Notes: generated by a model from the letters alone, not told the origin. A stretch of DNA of 64,000 nucleotides from an uncultured Mycoplasmatota bacterium (GCA_900557185.1 USRP01000001.1:11-64010), one strand, 5' to 3'. Positions 50,015 through 58,737 are shown, counted from the first letter of the stretch. A program made the numbers and translations.

Positions 50015-50146
50015 TTGATTAAAATATTTTGCCATTTCTCTTACCATCATTCTATGAAACATAAATTACACCTTCTTTGAATTTTTATATTTATGTAGTT
50101 TTCGAGTTCTACAAATTTAATATTTTTACTCAAGTTATTTTTTTAT

Positions 50147-50193
50147 AAAAGTTCGTGTATTTGAACAGATTTCTATAATGGTGCCGTTGAGGA
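50147..50193. repeat. Imperfect (~85%) direct repeat of the tmRNA 3' end (last ~14 nt) plus its terminator hairpin; putative distal attachment-site remnant
   Basis: aaaagttcgtgtatttgaacagatttctataatggtgccgttgagga matches aaaagttcgtacttttcgaacagatttctataatggtggagctgagga at 51727-51774. Confidence 0.5.
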
Positions 50194-50291
50194 AGTTATC
50201 TACAACTTTTACCAAAGGTAACTGATGTATGAATCAATCACTATATACATTATAATCCATTTTTTATTTTGAGGTTAATTATTTAATACAT

Positions 50292-51332
50292 TTACATTTT
50301 TTTCACAGAAGTTTCATTATAGTCATTATTTTTTTGCTCTTGCATAATTTCTTCAACTCTATGTACTACTGATTTTGATATTGCCTTGCGATTTATGGTA
50401 AAATTATTTTTTCTTTCAACATCAAGTTTGTAATCAATCATCATATCTACATCATCTTTTATAATCCTTGCATCATATCTATCTTTTGGACGTGAATTCT
50501 TTTTTGAATTGTAAATACTTTCTAAACTCATCATTTTATAAGGGATACCATTATGATATCTTATTAAATTAGAAAATGACATATCTGTATAATCTTTAGA
50601 AAAATGATGTTCATCAACAAATAGTTGTTTACTACCATTTTGATTTTCAAAATAATATTCTTTTGTAGTTATACTATTATCTGGTTGTCGTTCAAACAAA
50701 AATAAACCGATACTCATAGGAGTTCCTTTATATACGATTTTATATTCATGACCATTAACTTCTTTATGAGCCATATTACTAATAAATTCAAAATCTGCAC
50801 TGGAATCTATTAAGTCTTTTAATGTTATTAATTGTTGTTCATTTATAAATAAGTCTAAATCTCCATGATATCTTTCTAACACATGATTAGTTGCTAAATA
50901 GCCCATAAGTCCACCTGTATAATAGCAATCAAATCTTCCTTCAATTAAAGCGTTGAATTCATCGAAAGCATCAATAACTAACTGATGATTTTCTGTTAAA
51001 GGCATATTTGGATGTTCCATATTCATACCTTTAATCCAATTTAGTCTGGCAATCAAATCATTAACAGATGTATACTGTTCAGGGTTTAATTTTATAATAG
51101 ATTCAACATTTGCAAAAATATCTTCTTCGGTTATCATCTTTCTATTTAGTAAATCATTTAATGAAACCAAAATAGCATCAATAGAGTCACTTATATTCAT
51201 TGAACACAATTTGTTAATAGTATCATATATTTGATCTTGATTCGTAATATTTGCCCGTTGTGCAAAAGTATAAACTAGTTTAGTTACAGTTTCTTTTTGA
51301 AATTCATTCATACAGCACCTCATACTTTCCAT
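50292..51332 (-). CDS. Extended nucleotidyltransferase with a LinA/Lnu(A)/ANT(2'')-like core (Pol-beta superfamily)
   Basis: Central YYTGGLMGYLATNHVLERYHGDLDLFI block aligns with the Lnu(A) YWLDGGWGVDVLTGKQQREHRDIDIDF and ANT(2'')-Ia WIGGGWAIDARLGRVTRKHDDIDL motifs. A downstream S-x-E-S-I block matches the family's second conserved region. Extra ~125 aa N-terminal domain. RBS gaggtg. Confidence 0.5.
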   Translation of the reverse strand: MESMRCCMNEFQKETVTKLVYTFAQRANITNQDQIYDTINKLCSMNISDSIDAILVSLNDLLNRKMITEEDIFANVESIIKLNPEQYTSVNDLIARLNWIKGMNMEHPNMPLTENHQLVIDAFDEFNALIEGRFDCYYTGGLMGYLATNHVLERYHGDLDLFINEQQLITLKDLIDSSADFEFISNMAHKEVNGHEYKIVYKGTPMSIGLFLFERQPDNSITTKEYYFENQNGSKQLFVDEHHFSKDYTDMSFSNLIRYHNGIPYKMMSLESIYNSKKNSRPKDRYDARIIKDDVDMMIDYKLDVERKNNFTINRKAISKSVVHRVEEIMQEQKNNDYNETSVKKM

Positions 51333-51509
51333 TCAATTATATCATTAATTTTGGTAATTTACTATATTTCCAAATCAAAGTCATCGTGATCTTTGTGTTT
51401 TTCAATTTTTCGTAAACCTTTTACACTCTGAATTGCATTGTTTGTTCAAGAAAGTGTACTATAATAACCGCTTTTTTCTATATTTTATGATAACAGATTT
51501 CTGTTTTTA

Positions 51510-51539
51510 TCACTTGAATAGGGTAAAGTACTCATTCAT
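51510..51539 (-). other. Candidate leader mini-ORF (MNEYFTLFK, 9 codons) with a perfect SD GGAGGT, followed by a bulged hairpin, ~175 nt upstream of the nucleotidyltransferase gene
   Basis: Minus strand reads gaaaGGAGGTaaaaATGAATGAGTACTTTACCCTATTCAAGTGA, then tgataaaaacag-aaat-ctgttatca hairpin overlapping the stop. Confidence 0.2.
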
Positions 51540-51726
51540 TTTTACCTCCTTTCATAGATATATTTTGGCTCTAACAAAATATTTAACCCCCTAGGTATTT
51601 TGACATAAACATCAAAATAACCTGTGGAAAAAGGGATATTCCCTAAACCCCTTTTAGACTTGTTTCTTCTAGGTTGATTTTTTCATAAAACGAAAAAATC
51701 AATCATTTCTGATTGATTCCTATATC

Positions 51727-51774
51727 AAAAGTTCGTACTTTTCGAACAGATTTCTATAATGGTGGAGCTGAGGA
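51727..51774. repeat. Proximal copy of the direct repeat: tmRNA 3' terminus plus its intrinsic terminator
   Basis: Overlaps tmRNA nt 51760-51774. On the tmRNA strand the hairpin gttcg-aaaagta-cgaac + uuuug follows the CCA end. Confidence 0.5.
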
Positions 51775-52146
51775 GAGTCGAACTCCTGTCCAAATATAAA
51801 ACTCCCTAACCATCTACAAGTTTAGTTCACAAAGGATGTCCTTATAAAAATTAGATGTGAACGTCTATTTTATAAGTAAGCTTGTATGATTCGTTATTAT
51901 TTCCAAGCTAAATAATAATATATCCTATTTTAATCGAGCCCTTATCAATTCCCAATAGGAGAAAGAATAAAAAGAGCCATTCCTGCACTTTTCTTAGGCA
52001 AAAGTAGGAGTAGCGAAAGCGCTACTTAATCTACTAAGAATGTTAGTTAATTTATTTTTTCCAGTTATTTTCTGTTTGTACGTAACGTGTACCTCCGACT
52101 TGCCGAATTAAGCTTTTTTATATCCGTCGAAACCATAAACAGCCCC
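51760..52146 (-). ncRNA. ssrA: tmRNA (ssrA), standard one-piece form
   Basis: 5' GGGGCUGUUUAUGGUUUCGACGG… and 3' …GGACAGGAGUUCGACUCUCCUCAGCUCCACCA form the tRNA-Ala-like acceptor (G3:U wobble) and T-arm. Internal ORF candidate starts at GGA ~nt 85 and ends at UAA. Confidence 0.85.
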
Positions 52147-52246
52147 AACTAATTTCATTATATCATAGCTTTTTAATGTTTACAAATTATAAAGACCTAC
52201 AAATTTTACCATTTCAAACATAAAATACATTGAAGGATGTGATGAA

Positions 52247-53089
52247 ATGAAGAGAGGAATTGATGTTTCAAGTCATCAAGGAGTCATTGATTGGGAAGCA
52301 GTAAAGGGGAATATTGATTATGCGATTATTCGTTGTGGTTATGGAGCAGATAGAGAGAGCCAAGATGATACTTATTTTAAAAGAAATGCAAATGAGTGTA
52401 CCAGATTAGGGATTCCTTTTGGTGTATATTTATATAGTTATGCGGATAATATCAGTTGGTCTGATAGTGAAGTAGAACATGTGTTGAGACTTGTAAAAGG
52501 GTATCAATTAGAATATCCTATTTATTATGATATTGAAGATAAAGTACAAGCTAATTTATCAAATGAAACACTTACTGATATTGTTGTTAACTTTTGTGAA
52601 AAATTAGAACAACAAGGGTACTATGTTGGTGTTTATGCCAATTTAAATTGGTGGAATACGAAGTTAAATTCAAATCGTCTTGATGCATATGCGAAATGGG
52701 TAGCACGTTATAATACGGTACTTGGTTATGATGCAGGTATGTGGCAGTATACAAGTAGTGGTACAATTGCCGGAATTAATGGAAATGTCGATATGGATTA
52801 TTGTTATGTCGATTATCCTGAAGCAATCAAGAAAGCCGGATTAAATGGATTTCCAAAAGAAGAAACACCAACCAAACCAATTCCTGAAATACCACCTGTT
52901 ACAGATGTCAATACAGAAATAGAAAACTTAAAAAAAGAAATAGAAACATTAAAAAAAGAGAATGAACAATTACAAGAAACATGTCAAGAAAAAGAATTGG
53001 TTTTTACTTGTGAAAAAGCAGGTACTTATTATATAGAATTAAAAGAACAAGATAAATTATTTTATGAACCAGGAGCCATACAAAAGTAA
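52247..53089 (+). CDS. GH25 family lysozyme (muramidase) with a C-terminal coiled-coil region
   Basis: N-terminal GIDVSSHQGVIDWEAV… GH25 signature. C-terminal heptad-rich segment. Confidence 0.75.
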   Translation: MKRGIDVSSHQGVIDWEAVKGNIDYAIIRCGYGADRESQDDTYFKRNANECTRLGIPFGVYLYSYADNISWSDSEVEHVLRLVKGYQLEYPIYYDIEDKVQANLSNETLTDIVVNFCEKLEQQGYYVGVYANLNWWNTKLNSNRLDAYAKWVARYNTVLGYDAGMWQYTSSGTIAGINGNVDMDYCYVDYPEAIKKAGLNGFPKEETPTKPIPEIPPVTDVNTEIENLKKEIETLKKENEQLQETCQEKELVFTCEKAGTYYIELKEQDKLFYEPGAIQK

Positions 53090-53218
53090 AAGAAAGAATC
53101 TATCATAATAGACTTCTTTTTTATGTCAAGTAAACGCCTACTACTCATGTAATTCATATACAAAAAGCAATGATTTTGTTATAATAGATTATAATGAAAG
53201 AGAATGGGGAGGGATTAC

Positions 53219-56200
53219 ATGAAGAAAGTTTTTAAAACAATGATTTCTGGCTTTTTATGTACTTTACTATTATCTCTTAGTTTAATTCCTCCTTATGTAC
53301 CAAAAGTAAGTGCAGCAGAATATCCAATATATGGAGTTGTTAATTTTAGAACGAAAGATTGTAATACCAATACGTTGTACACAAGAGAAAGTGGAGAACA
53401 GGGTTATACCAATGGTTGTTATGGTGCCGATGCAGCTTTTTTAGGAATTGAAAATGGTATGGTAAAATTTAAAATGTCCGGTGTGATTGGATATGTAAAT
53501 CCAAACGATGTAGAAATACGTAATATGGATCCAGAAACAATTACTACTTATATTTCAAATTATCGTGTTAAGAATGGTGAACTACAACATGTTATACAGT
53601 TAGATGTAAACAATTATAAATCTGGTAATGTGATTACAATTGGACGAGCACCTAGTAATTTAAGTGATGGTACTTACTATAGTTATGATGGTATTTATTT
53701 TTATCCAGATACATTAGATGGATTTAAAATGATGATCGATGATTATAAAGGTGGAACAAGTTATCGTGCAGCGAATGCGAATCAACCATATTATAATTAT
53801 TATCAATATTTACCAACTAGAACAATTAGTAACTATACAAGTGAAGATTTAAAAGTTGATTTTTCAAGTTATACAAGTAAAATGACAGGATATCCAGCTA
53901 AAGAAAATGAATCGCAACTTTATGGGGAACATGTATCATTTATAGAATATCAAAACGAGTATGGTGTCAATGCAATGATGGCTTTAGGACTTGCGAAAAA
54001 TGAAAGTGCAATGGGAAAAAGTCAGATAGCATACAATAAGAATAATTTGTTTGGAATTGCTGTTTATGATAGTAATACTGGAGCAGGTAAGTCATTTGCA
54101 ACTGTACGTGAGAGTATTCGTTATTTTGATAAGAATTTGATTTCTGAAGGATATTTGGATCCAAAAGATGCAGGTGGAAGATATCATGGTGGACACTTTG
54201 GAAATAAAGGTGCTGGATTTAGTGTAAAATATGCATCTGATCCATATTGGGGAGATAAAGAAGCATCTTATTATTATAATTTTGATAAAGCTTATGGAAA
54301 CCAAGATTATAATAAATATACAATAGGTATTAAAGGAACAAATGGAAATTATAATATTAAAAAAGAACCTACTACTTCTTCTGTTTCTCTATATCAGACA
54401 ACGAAAAATAGAAATGTACCATTTGTTATTTTAGATACAATTACAAATAATGAAGGAACTTGGTTTAAGATTCAAACAGATCCAACCTTAGTACCAGGAA
54501 GAAATAGTATTTTACAAGATAATGGTGCTTATGATTTTAATAATAACTATGGATATATTCATTCTAGTATTATTACTTATATTAGTTATGGAAATGGAAT
54601 GAAAAATCGATATACGATTGATTTTAATCCAAATGGAGGAAGATTTATCGATGGAGAGACTTCTACGAAAAGATTAACTGTAGAAGAATATGTAACGCCA
54701 GAACTTGCCAATCCTGTGAGAGATGGTTATACATTTGCTGGATGGGATCAAACAGTAATGCCAGCTCAATCTAATAAAACTTATACGGCTGTATGGAAGA
54801 GTAATAATCCACAGAAATATACGATTACTTTTGATGCGAATGGTGGAACATTTGAAGATGGCAGCATGACAAAAACACAAACATTAGAAGAAGGAAGTAG
54901 ACCATCAGAGCCAAAATCACCAACAAAGAATGGTTATACATTTGTTGATTGGGATAGTGAAATATCTTTAGTAACTGGAAATAAAACATATAAAGCAGTT
55001 TGGGAAAAAGTATTAGAAAAATACAATATTACCTTTGATGCCAATGGTGGTAAATTTAACGATAATAAAGAGACAAAAACAGTTGTTACAACGGAAGGAC
55101 AAAAGCCACAGGTGCCAGAGAATCCAACTAAGGATGGTTATATTTTTATCGGATGGGATAAAGAAATTACGGAGGCAACTGCAAATACGACATATACGGC
55201 TGTTTGGGAAAAAGACAAAGCAACATACCAAATTACATTTGACGCCAATGGTGGAACATTTGAAGATGGTAAAGATAAACAAGTAGTAGATACATTAGAA
55301 GGTAATATTCCAGAAGAGCCAAAAGCACCAACGAGAAATGGTTATAAATTTACTGGTTGGGATAAGGAAATAGTTGCTGCTGATGGTAATACCACTTATA
55401 AAGCACAATGGCAAAAAGTAAAGACATATGCGATTACATTTGATGCAGATGGTGGAGTATTTGAAAATGGAAAAGATAAAATAACAATCAACGTAGAAGA
55501 AAATACAAAACCTTCTGTAAGTCATCCAACGAAAGATGGTTATATATTCCAAGGATGGGATAAAGAAATTACGAATGCGACAGAAGATACAACGTATAAA
55601 GCAATTTGGAAAGAATTAACTTTGGATGATTTAGAAGAGAGAAATGGTTTGTTCTATATCGATTCTCTCACTGAGAAAGATGGAAAATTAAAATTGAAAG
55701 GGTATAATACAATTGAAGGTATCAATAATACATTAGATACGGATATTGATTATACATTAGTCTTCGAAGATGTAAATACTAAGAAAGAAGTATTATCACA
55801 GAGTGCGAAGAGAATTACAGATTCTAAAGAACATCCATTCCCAATTTATAGTGTTGATGGAAAAGATTATACATATGCTTGGTTTGAGATGGATATTGAT
55901 GTAAGTAAATTACCAGCAGGAAATTATACTATGTATATGGTAGCGAATACAGATCAATATTATTCTAAGAAAGTTGTGAATAATCTAACGAATAGTAAGC
56001 AGGATGCTTCTTATGTACAAGATGAGAAAAATATTATTATTCGCAATAATTATAACTATGAAAACAGTCCAATCGAGTTATTAGTACGTAGTGCTAATGA
56101 GATGGATGTTCAGAAGAATGTAGGAACTTATTATAATCAATTTGATACTTATACAACATTTGAATTTACGAATGATAATTTATTACATATGAGAGGATTA

Positions 56201-56581
56201 TCTTATTCATATGGTATGGATTTAAGTAATCGTGGTACAACGACAAGAAAAGTATTATTTGAAAATCAAGAGAACTATAAAATCTATTCTAAAGATTTAG
56301 GATATATCACAACTGGTGATTATATTGCACCATTACCAGAAGATGATCATCTAGGAAAAGATCGTGCTTGGTATGATCAGAAAGTAAATTTAGGTGATAT
56401 ACCAAAAGGTACTTATGTTTTATATACGACAACTACTTCACAAGGTAAAACAGATATATCAGAAATGACAGAAAAAATGGGAAGGACGTTAGATGATGTT
56501 GTAAAAACTATCAATGGTAAACGTTATTCATTCCGCATTAATTATCAACAGAATAGTAGAATAGAAATGGTAGTAGAATAA
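53219..56581 (+). CDS. Secreted peptidoglycan hydrolase: GH73 endo-beta-N-acetylglucosaminidase domain plus six Listeria-Bacteroides (Flg_new) repeats and a large C-terminal beta-rich region
   Basis: Signal peptide. GH73 block (…ALGLAKNESAMGKS…NNLFGIA…). Repeats of ~70 aa each ending …DGYxFxGWDxEIT…YTAVW/AIW…. Confidence 0.7.
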   Translation: MKKVFKTMISGFLCTLLLSLSLIPPYVPKVSAAEYPIYGVVNFRTKDCNTNTLYTRESGEQGYTNGCYGADAAFLGIENGMVKFKMSGVIGYVNPNDVEIRNMDPETITTYISNYRVKNGELQHVIQLDVNNYKSGNVITIGRAPSNLSDGTYYSYDGIYFYPDTLDGFKMMIDDYKGGTSYRAANANQPYYNYYQYLPTRTISNYTSEDLKVDFSSYTSKMTGYPAKENESQLYGEHVSFIEYQNEYGVNAMMALGLAKNESAMGKSQIAYNKNNLFGIAVYDSNTGAGKSFATVRESIRYFDKNLISEGYLDPKDAGGRYHGGHFGNKGAGFSVKYASDPYWGDKEASYYYNFDKAYGNQDYNKYTIGIKGTNGNYNIKKEPTTSSVSLYQTTKNRNVPFVILDTITNNEGTWFKIQTDPTLVPGRNSILQDNGAYDFNNNYGYIHSSIITYISYGNGMKNRYTIDFNPNGGRFIDGETSTKRLTVEEYVTPELANPVRDGYTFAGWDQTVMPAQSNKTYTAVWKSNNPQKYTITFDANGGTFEDGSMTKTQTLEEGSRPSEPKSPTKNGYTFVDWDSEISLVTGNKTYKAVWEKVLEKYNITFDANGGKFNDNKETKTVVTTEGQKPQVPENPTKDGYIFIGWDKEITEATANTTYTAVWEKDKATYQITFDANGGTFEDGKDKQVVDTLEGNIPEEPKAPTRNGYKFTGWDKEIVAADGNTTYKAQWQKVKTYAITFDADGGVFENGKDKITINVEENTKPSVSHPTKDGYIFQGWDKEITNATEDTTYKAIWKELTLDDLEERNGLFYIDSLTEKDGKLKLKGYNTIEGINNTLDTDIDYTLVFEDVNTKKEVLSQSAKRITDSKEHPFPIYSVDGKDYTYAWFEMDIDVSKLPAGNYTMYMVANTDQYYSKKVVNNLTNSKQDASYVQDEKNIIIRNNYNYENSPIELLVRSANEMDVQKNVGTYYNQFDTYTTFEFTNDNLLHMRGLSYSYGMDLSNRGTTTRKVLFENQENYKIYSKDLGYITTGDYIAPLPEDDHLGKDRAWYDQKVNLGDIPKGTYVLYTTTTSQGKTDISEMTEKMGRTLDDVVKTINGKRYSFRINYQQNSRIEMVVE
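54610..55630 (+). repeat. Six tandem ~210-bp coding repeats (Flg_new domain repeats) inside the hydrolase gene
   Basis: Recurring DNA/protein blocks tttgatgc(g/c)aatggtgg…tatac(g/a)gctgt(a/t)tgg. Confidence 0.55.
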
Positions 56582-56582
56582 A

Positions 56583-56618
56583 AGATACTTCAATCATGGA
56601 AGTATCTTTTTTTGGGTA
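56583..56618. terminator. Bidirectional terminator (agatacttc-aatcatg-gaagtatct + U-run)
   Basis: Perfect hairpin between convergent genes. Confidence 0.5.
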
Positions 56619-56637
56619 TGAAAAAAGGATGAGTTAA

Positions 56638-58737
56638 TCATTCATCTTCATCATCCTTTTTCAAATTAACAATTGTAACTATAATTGTATCACAGGTTGT
56701 AACTTTCGCTCCTGATGCTACTGAACTACTACATATTGCGCCATTTGTACTATTTCCATTTGGACAAGCTGTCACATAATTTGGAACAATATTTAAATAT
56801 TTATTATTACTTGTTGCTTTAATCATAGCAAATGTTTGCGTACCTGTACTACCAGCACCTCCTAAGATGAATGTATATGGAGTACAAATTGGTCCTGGAT
56901 TAGGAGAAGGATTTATTGGCGTATTTGATGTGTTTCCACCATTGTTATTACTACTACTATTTCCTCCACCTGTACTTGCAGTAGGTCTTTTTCCGTTACT
57001 GACGGTTAAGATCACACTTGTTCCATCAGATACTTCACTTCCTGCTGTCTTATTTTGATTGATAACTGTATCTTTTGTTTTGGTTGAATAGGCATAATTG
57101 AATGTACAACTAAGTCCATTGTTTTCACATGTTTTCTTCGCATCACTTCTTGTCATTCCAATGAAATTAGGAATACTTCTTTTCTTACCAAGTGATACTA
57201 CAACTGTAATTGTTTCTGTTTGACTTAATGTCTGTCCTGGTTTTTTATCAACACTGATGATTTTTCCTTTTTCAATATCATCATTAAATTCTTCATTTAA
57301 AACAAATTGTAATCCATGTTCACTGGCGAATGTTCTAATTTTATCGACATCGTTATCTCCATAACTAATCATTTTTAAAGGCCCTTTAGATGTAACAACA
57401 TGAATCGTTGTACCTTCATCTACTGTATCACCTTTTTGAACACTAGCACGAATGACTTTTCCTGCTTTGACATTACTTGAGTATTCACTACTATAATTAA
57501 TTTTCATATGGTTTTGATTTGCCCATTTTTCAATTTCTTCTAATGACATTTTGGTAAAGTCAGGAGCTTTAATTTTCTTTCCTTTGGAAACATATATCTT
57601 TACTGTCATTTCACTTTGTTTAATAACAGTACCTGCTTTTGGATCTGTTTTTATAACATGATCTTTTTTAACATCATCGTTATATTCATAGACAATATCG
57701 TATTTGATGCCATTTCTTTTTAACCATAAAGTCGCATCAAATTCTTCCATATTAGTAAGATCTTTTAATTTTACTGGTTCTAAATCTTCTTCTTTTCCTA
57801 ATGAGAATTTTAGTTTTAATTCGTCACTACGTCTCATTTTCCCTGATTTATTTTGTTCAAATTCTTCATCTCGTTTGATATCATCTTTAAATTCATAATC
57901 GATTGTGACATGGTCCATTTTGTTCTTTTTAATTACTTTGACAACTTCATCGATATTCCAACCAATCATATCAGGAATATTGACTTCTAAATCGTAGTTT
58001 GGACCACCTGATACGACGACTTCCATCGATTTTACTTTTGATGTTAATGTATCTGGTTTGACACTTTGTTTCATGACTGTATTTTCTTTAAACTCATCAC
58101 TGTACTCGTATTTCGTAGTAAGATTAATATTATGACTGTTGGCCCATTTCATCGCTTTAATGACTTGTTGATTTCTAAAGTCTAAGACAACTGATTTGGT
58201 AGGTAAGTTAATCACACTGGTTGTTACTAAAATATTAAAACCGATTGTCATAACTAATAATAACGAAGTAATGACATTCATAGTACGACGTCCACGTTCT
58301 TTTTTGACAAACATTCCAAGTCCAAATGAACCGGTTACTATGAGAAGTAAAATACTATTAATAATTAAAAATAATTGATTTTTCTCATCAGCCATATAGA
58401 TGATATTATAAGCTAAGTAGCACGTTTCTAATACCATTGTAATAAATAGTAAAAAAGCAGATAAGAAATTGGATTTATAAGTTGTATTTTTTGTTTCTTT
58501 TCTAACACGTTCTAATTCTTGTTTGACTTTTTCTTTTTGTTCTTCTTTTTCTTTTTGTTTTATCATTGCTTTTGGATGATCAATTTCTCGTTGAAAGATA
58601 TTAGATTCTACTTTTTCTTCTTGTGGTTGTTCCTGTTCAATCTCATCTGTGGTCAGAGAATTGAAAAGCGTATCTACTTCAATTTCATCTTGCAATTGTT
58701 CTAGTTCATCGATTTTCTTTTTCTTCTTTTTTGCCAT
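56638..58737 (-). CDS. Kinase-less PASTA-repeat membrane protein with acidic cytoplasmic N-terminus and Gly/Asn/Ser/Cys-rich C-terminal tail
   Basis: Single TM region followed by at least four PASTA-like repeats (…APDFTKMSLEEIEKWANQNHMKINY…GKVI…GTTIHVVTSKG, …IPNFIGMTRSDAKKTCENNGLSCTF…VSNG). No Ser/Thr kinase or transpeptidase domain. Confidence 0.55.
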   Translation of the reverse strand: MAKKKKKKIDELEQLQDEIEVDTLFNSLTTDEIEQEQPQEEKVESNIFQREIDHPKAMIKQKEKEEQKEKVKQELERVRKETKNTTYKSNFLSAFLLFITMVLETCYLAYNIIYMADEKNQLFLIINSILLLIVTGSFGLGMFVKKERGRRTMNVITSLLLVMTIGFNILVTTSVINLPTKSVVLDFRNQQVIKAMKWANSHNINLTTKYEYSDEFKENTVMKQSVKPDTLTSKVKSMEVVVSGGPNYDLEVNIPDMIGWNIDEVVKVIKKNKMDHVTIDYEFKDDIKRDEEFEQNKSGKMRRSDELKLKFSLGKEEDLEPVKLKDLTNMEEFDATLWLKRNGIKYDIVYEYNDDVKKDHVIKTDPKAGTVIKQSEMTVKIYVSKGKKIKAPDFTKMSLEEIEKWANQNHMKINYSSEYSSNVKAGKVIRASVQKGDTVDEGTTIHVVTSKGPLKMISYGDNDVDKIRTFASEHGLQFVLNEEFNDDIEKGKIISVDKKPGQTLSQTETITVVVSLGKKRSIPNFIGMTRSDAKKTCENNGLSCTFNYAYSTKTKDTVINQNKTAGSEVSDGTSVILTVSNGKRPTASTGGGNSSSNNNGGNTSNTPINPSPNPGPICTPYTFILGGAGSTGTQTFAMIKATSNNKYLNIVPNYVTACPNGNSTNGAICSSSVASGAKVTTCDTIIVTIVNLKKDDEDE

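Noticed and set aside
49866-50291. Integrase or recombinase remnants, and the micro-ORFs MCCNC (with SD) and a 27-aa MICDDEPP… ORF, in the ssrA-distal spacer
   Set aside because: No integrase-like reading frame fragments are visible by eye in any frame. The micro-ORFs are short, run through a terminator hairpin, and are most likely chance ORFs in AT-rich DNA.
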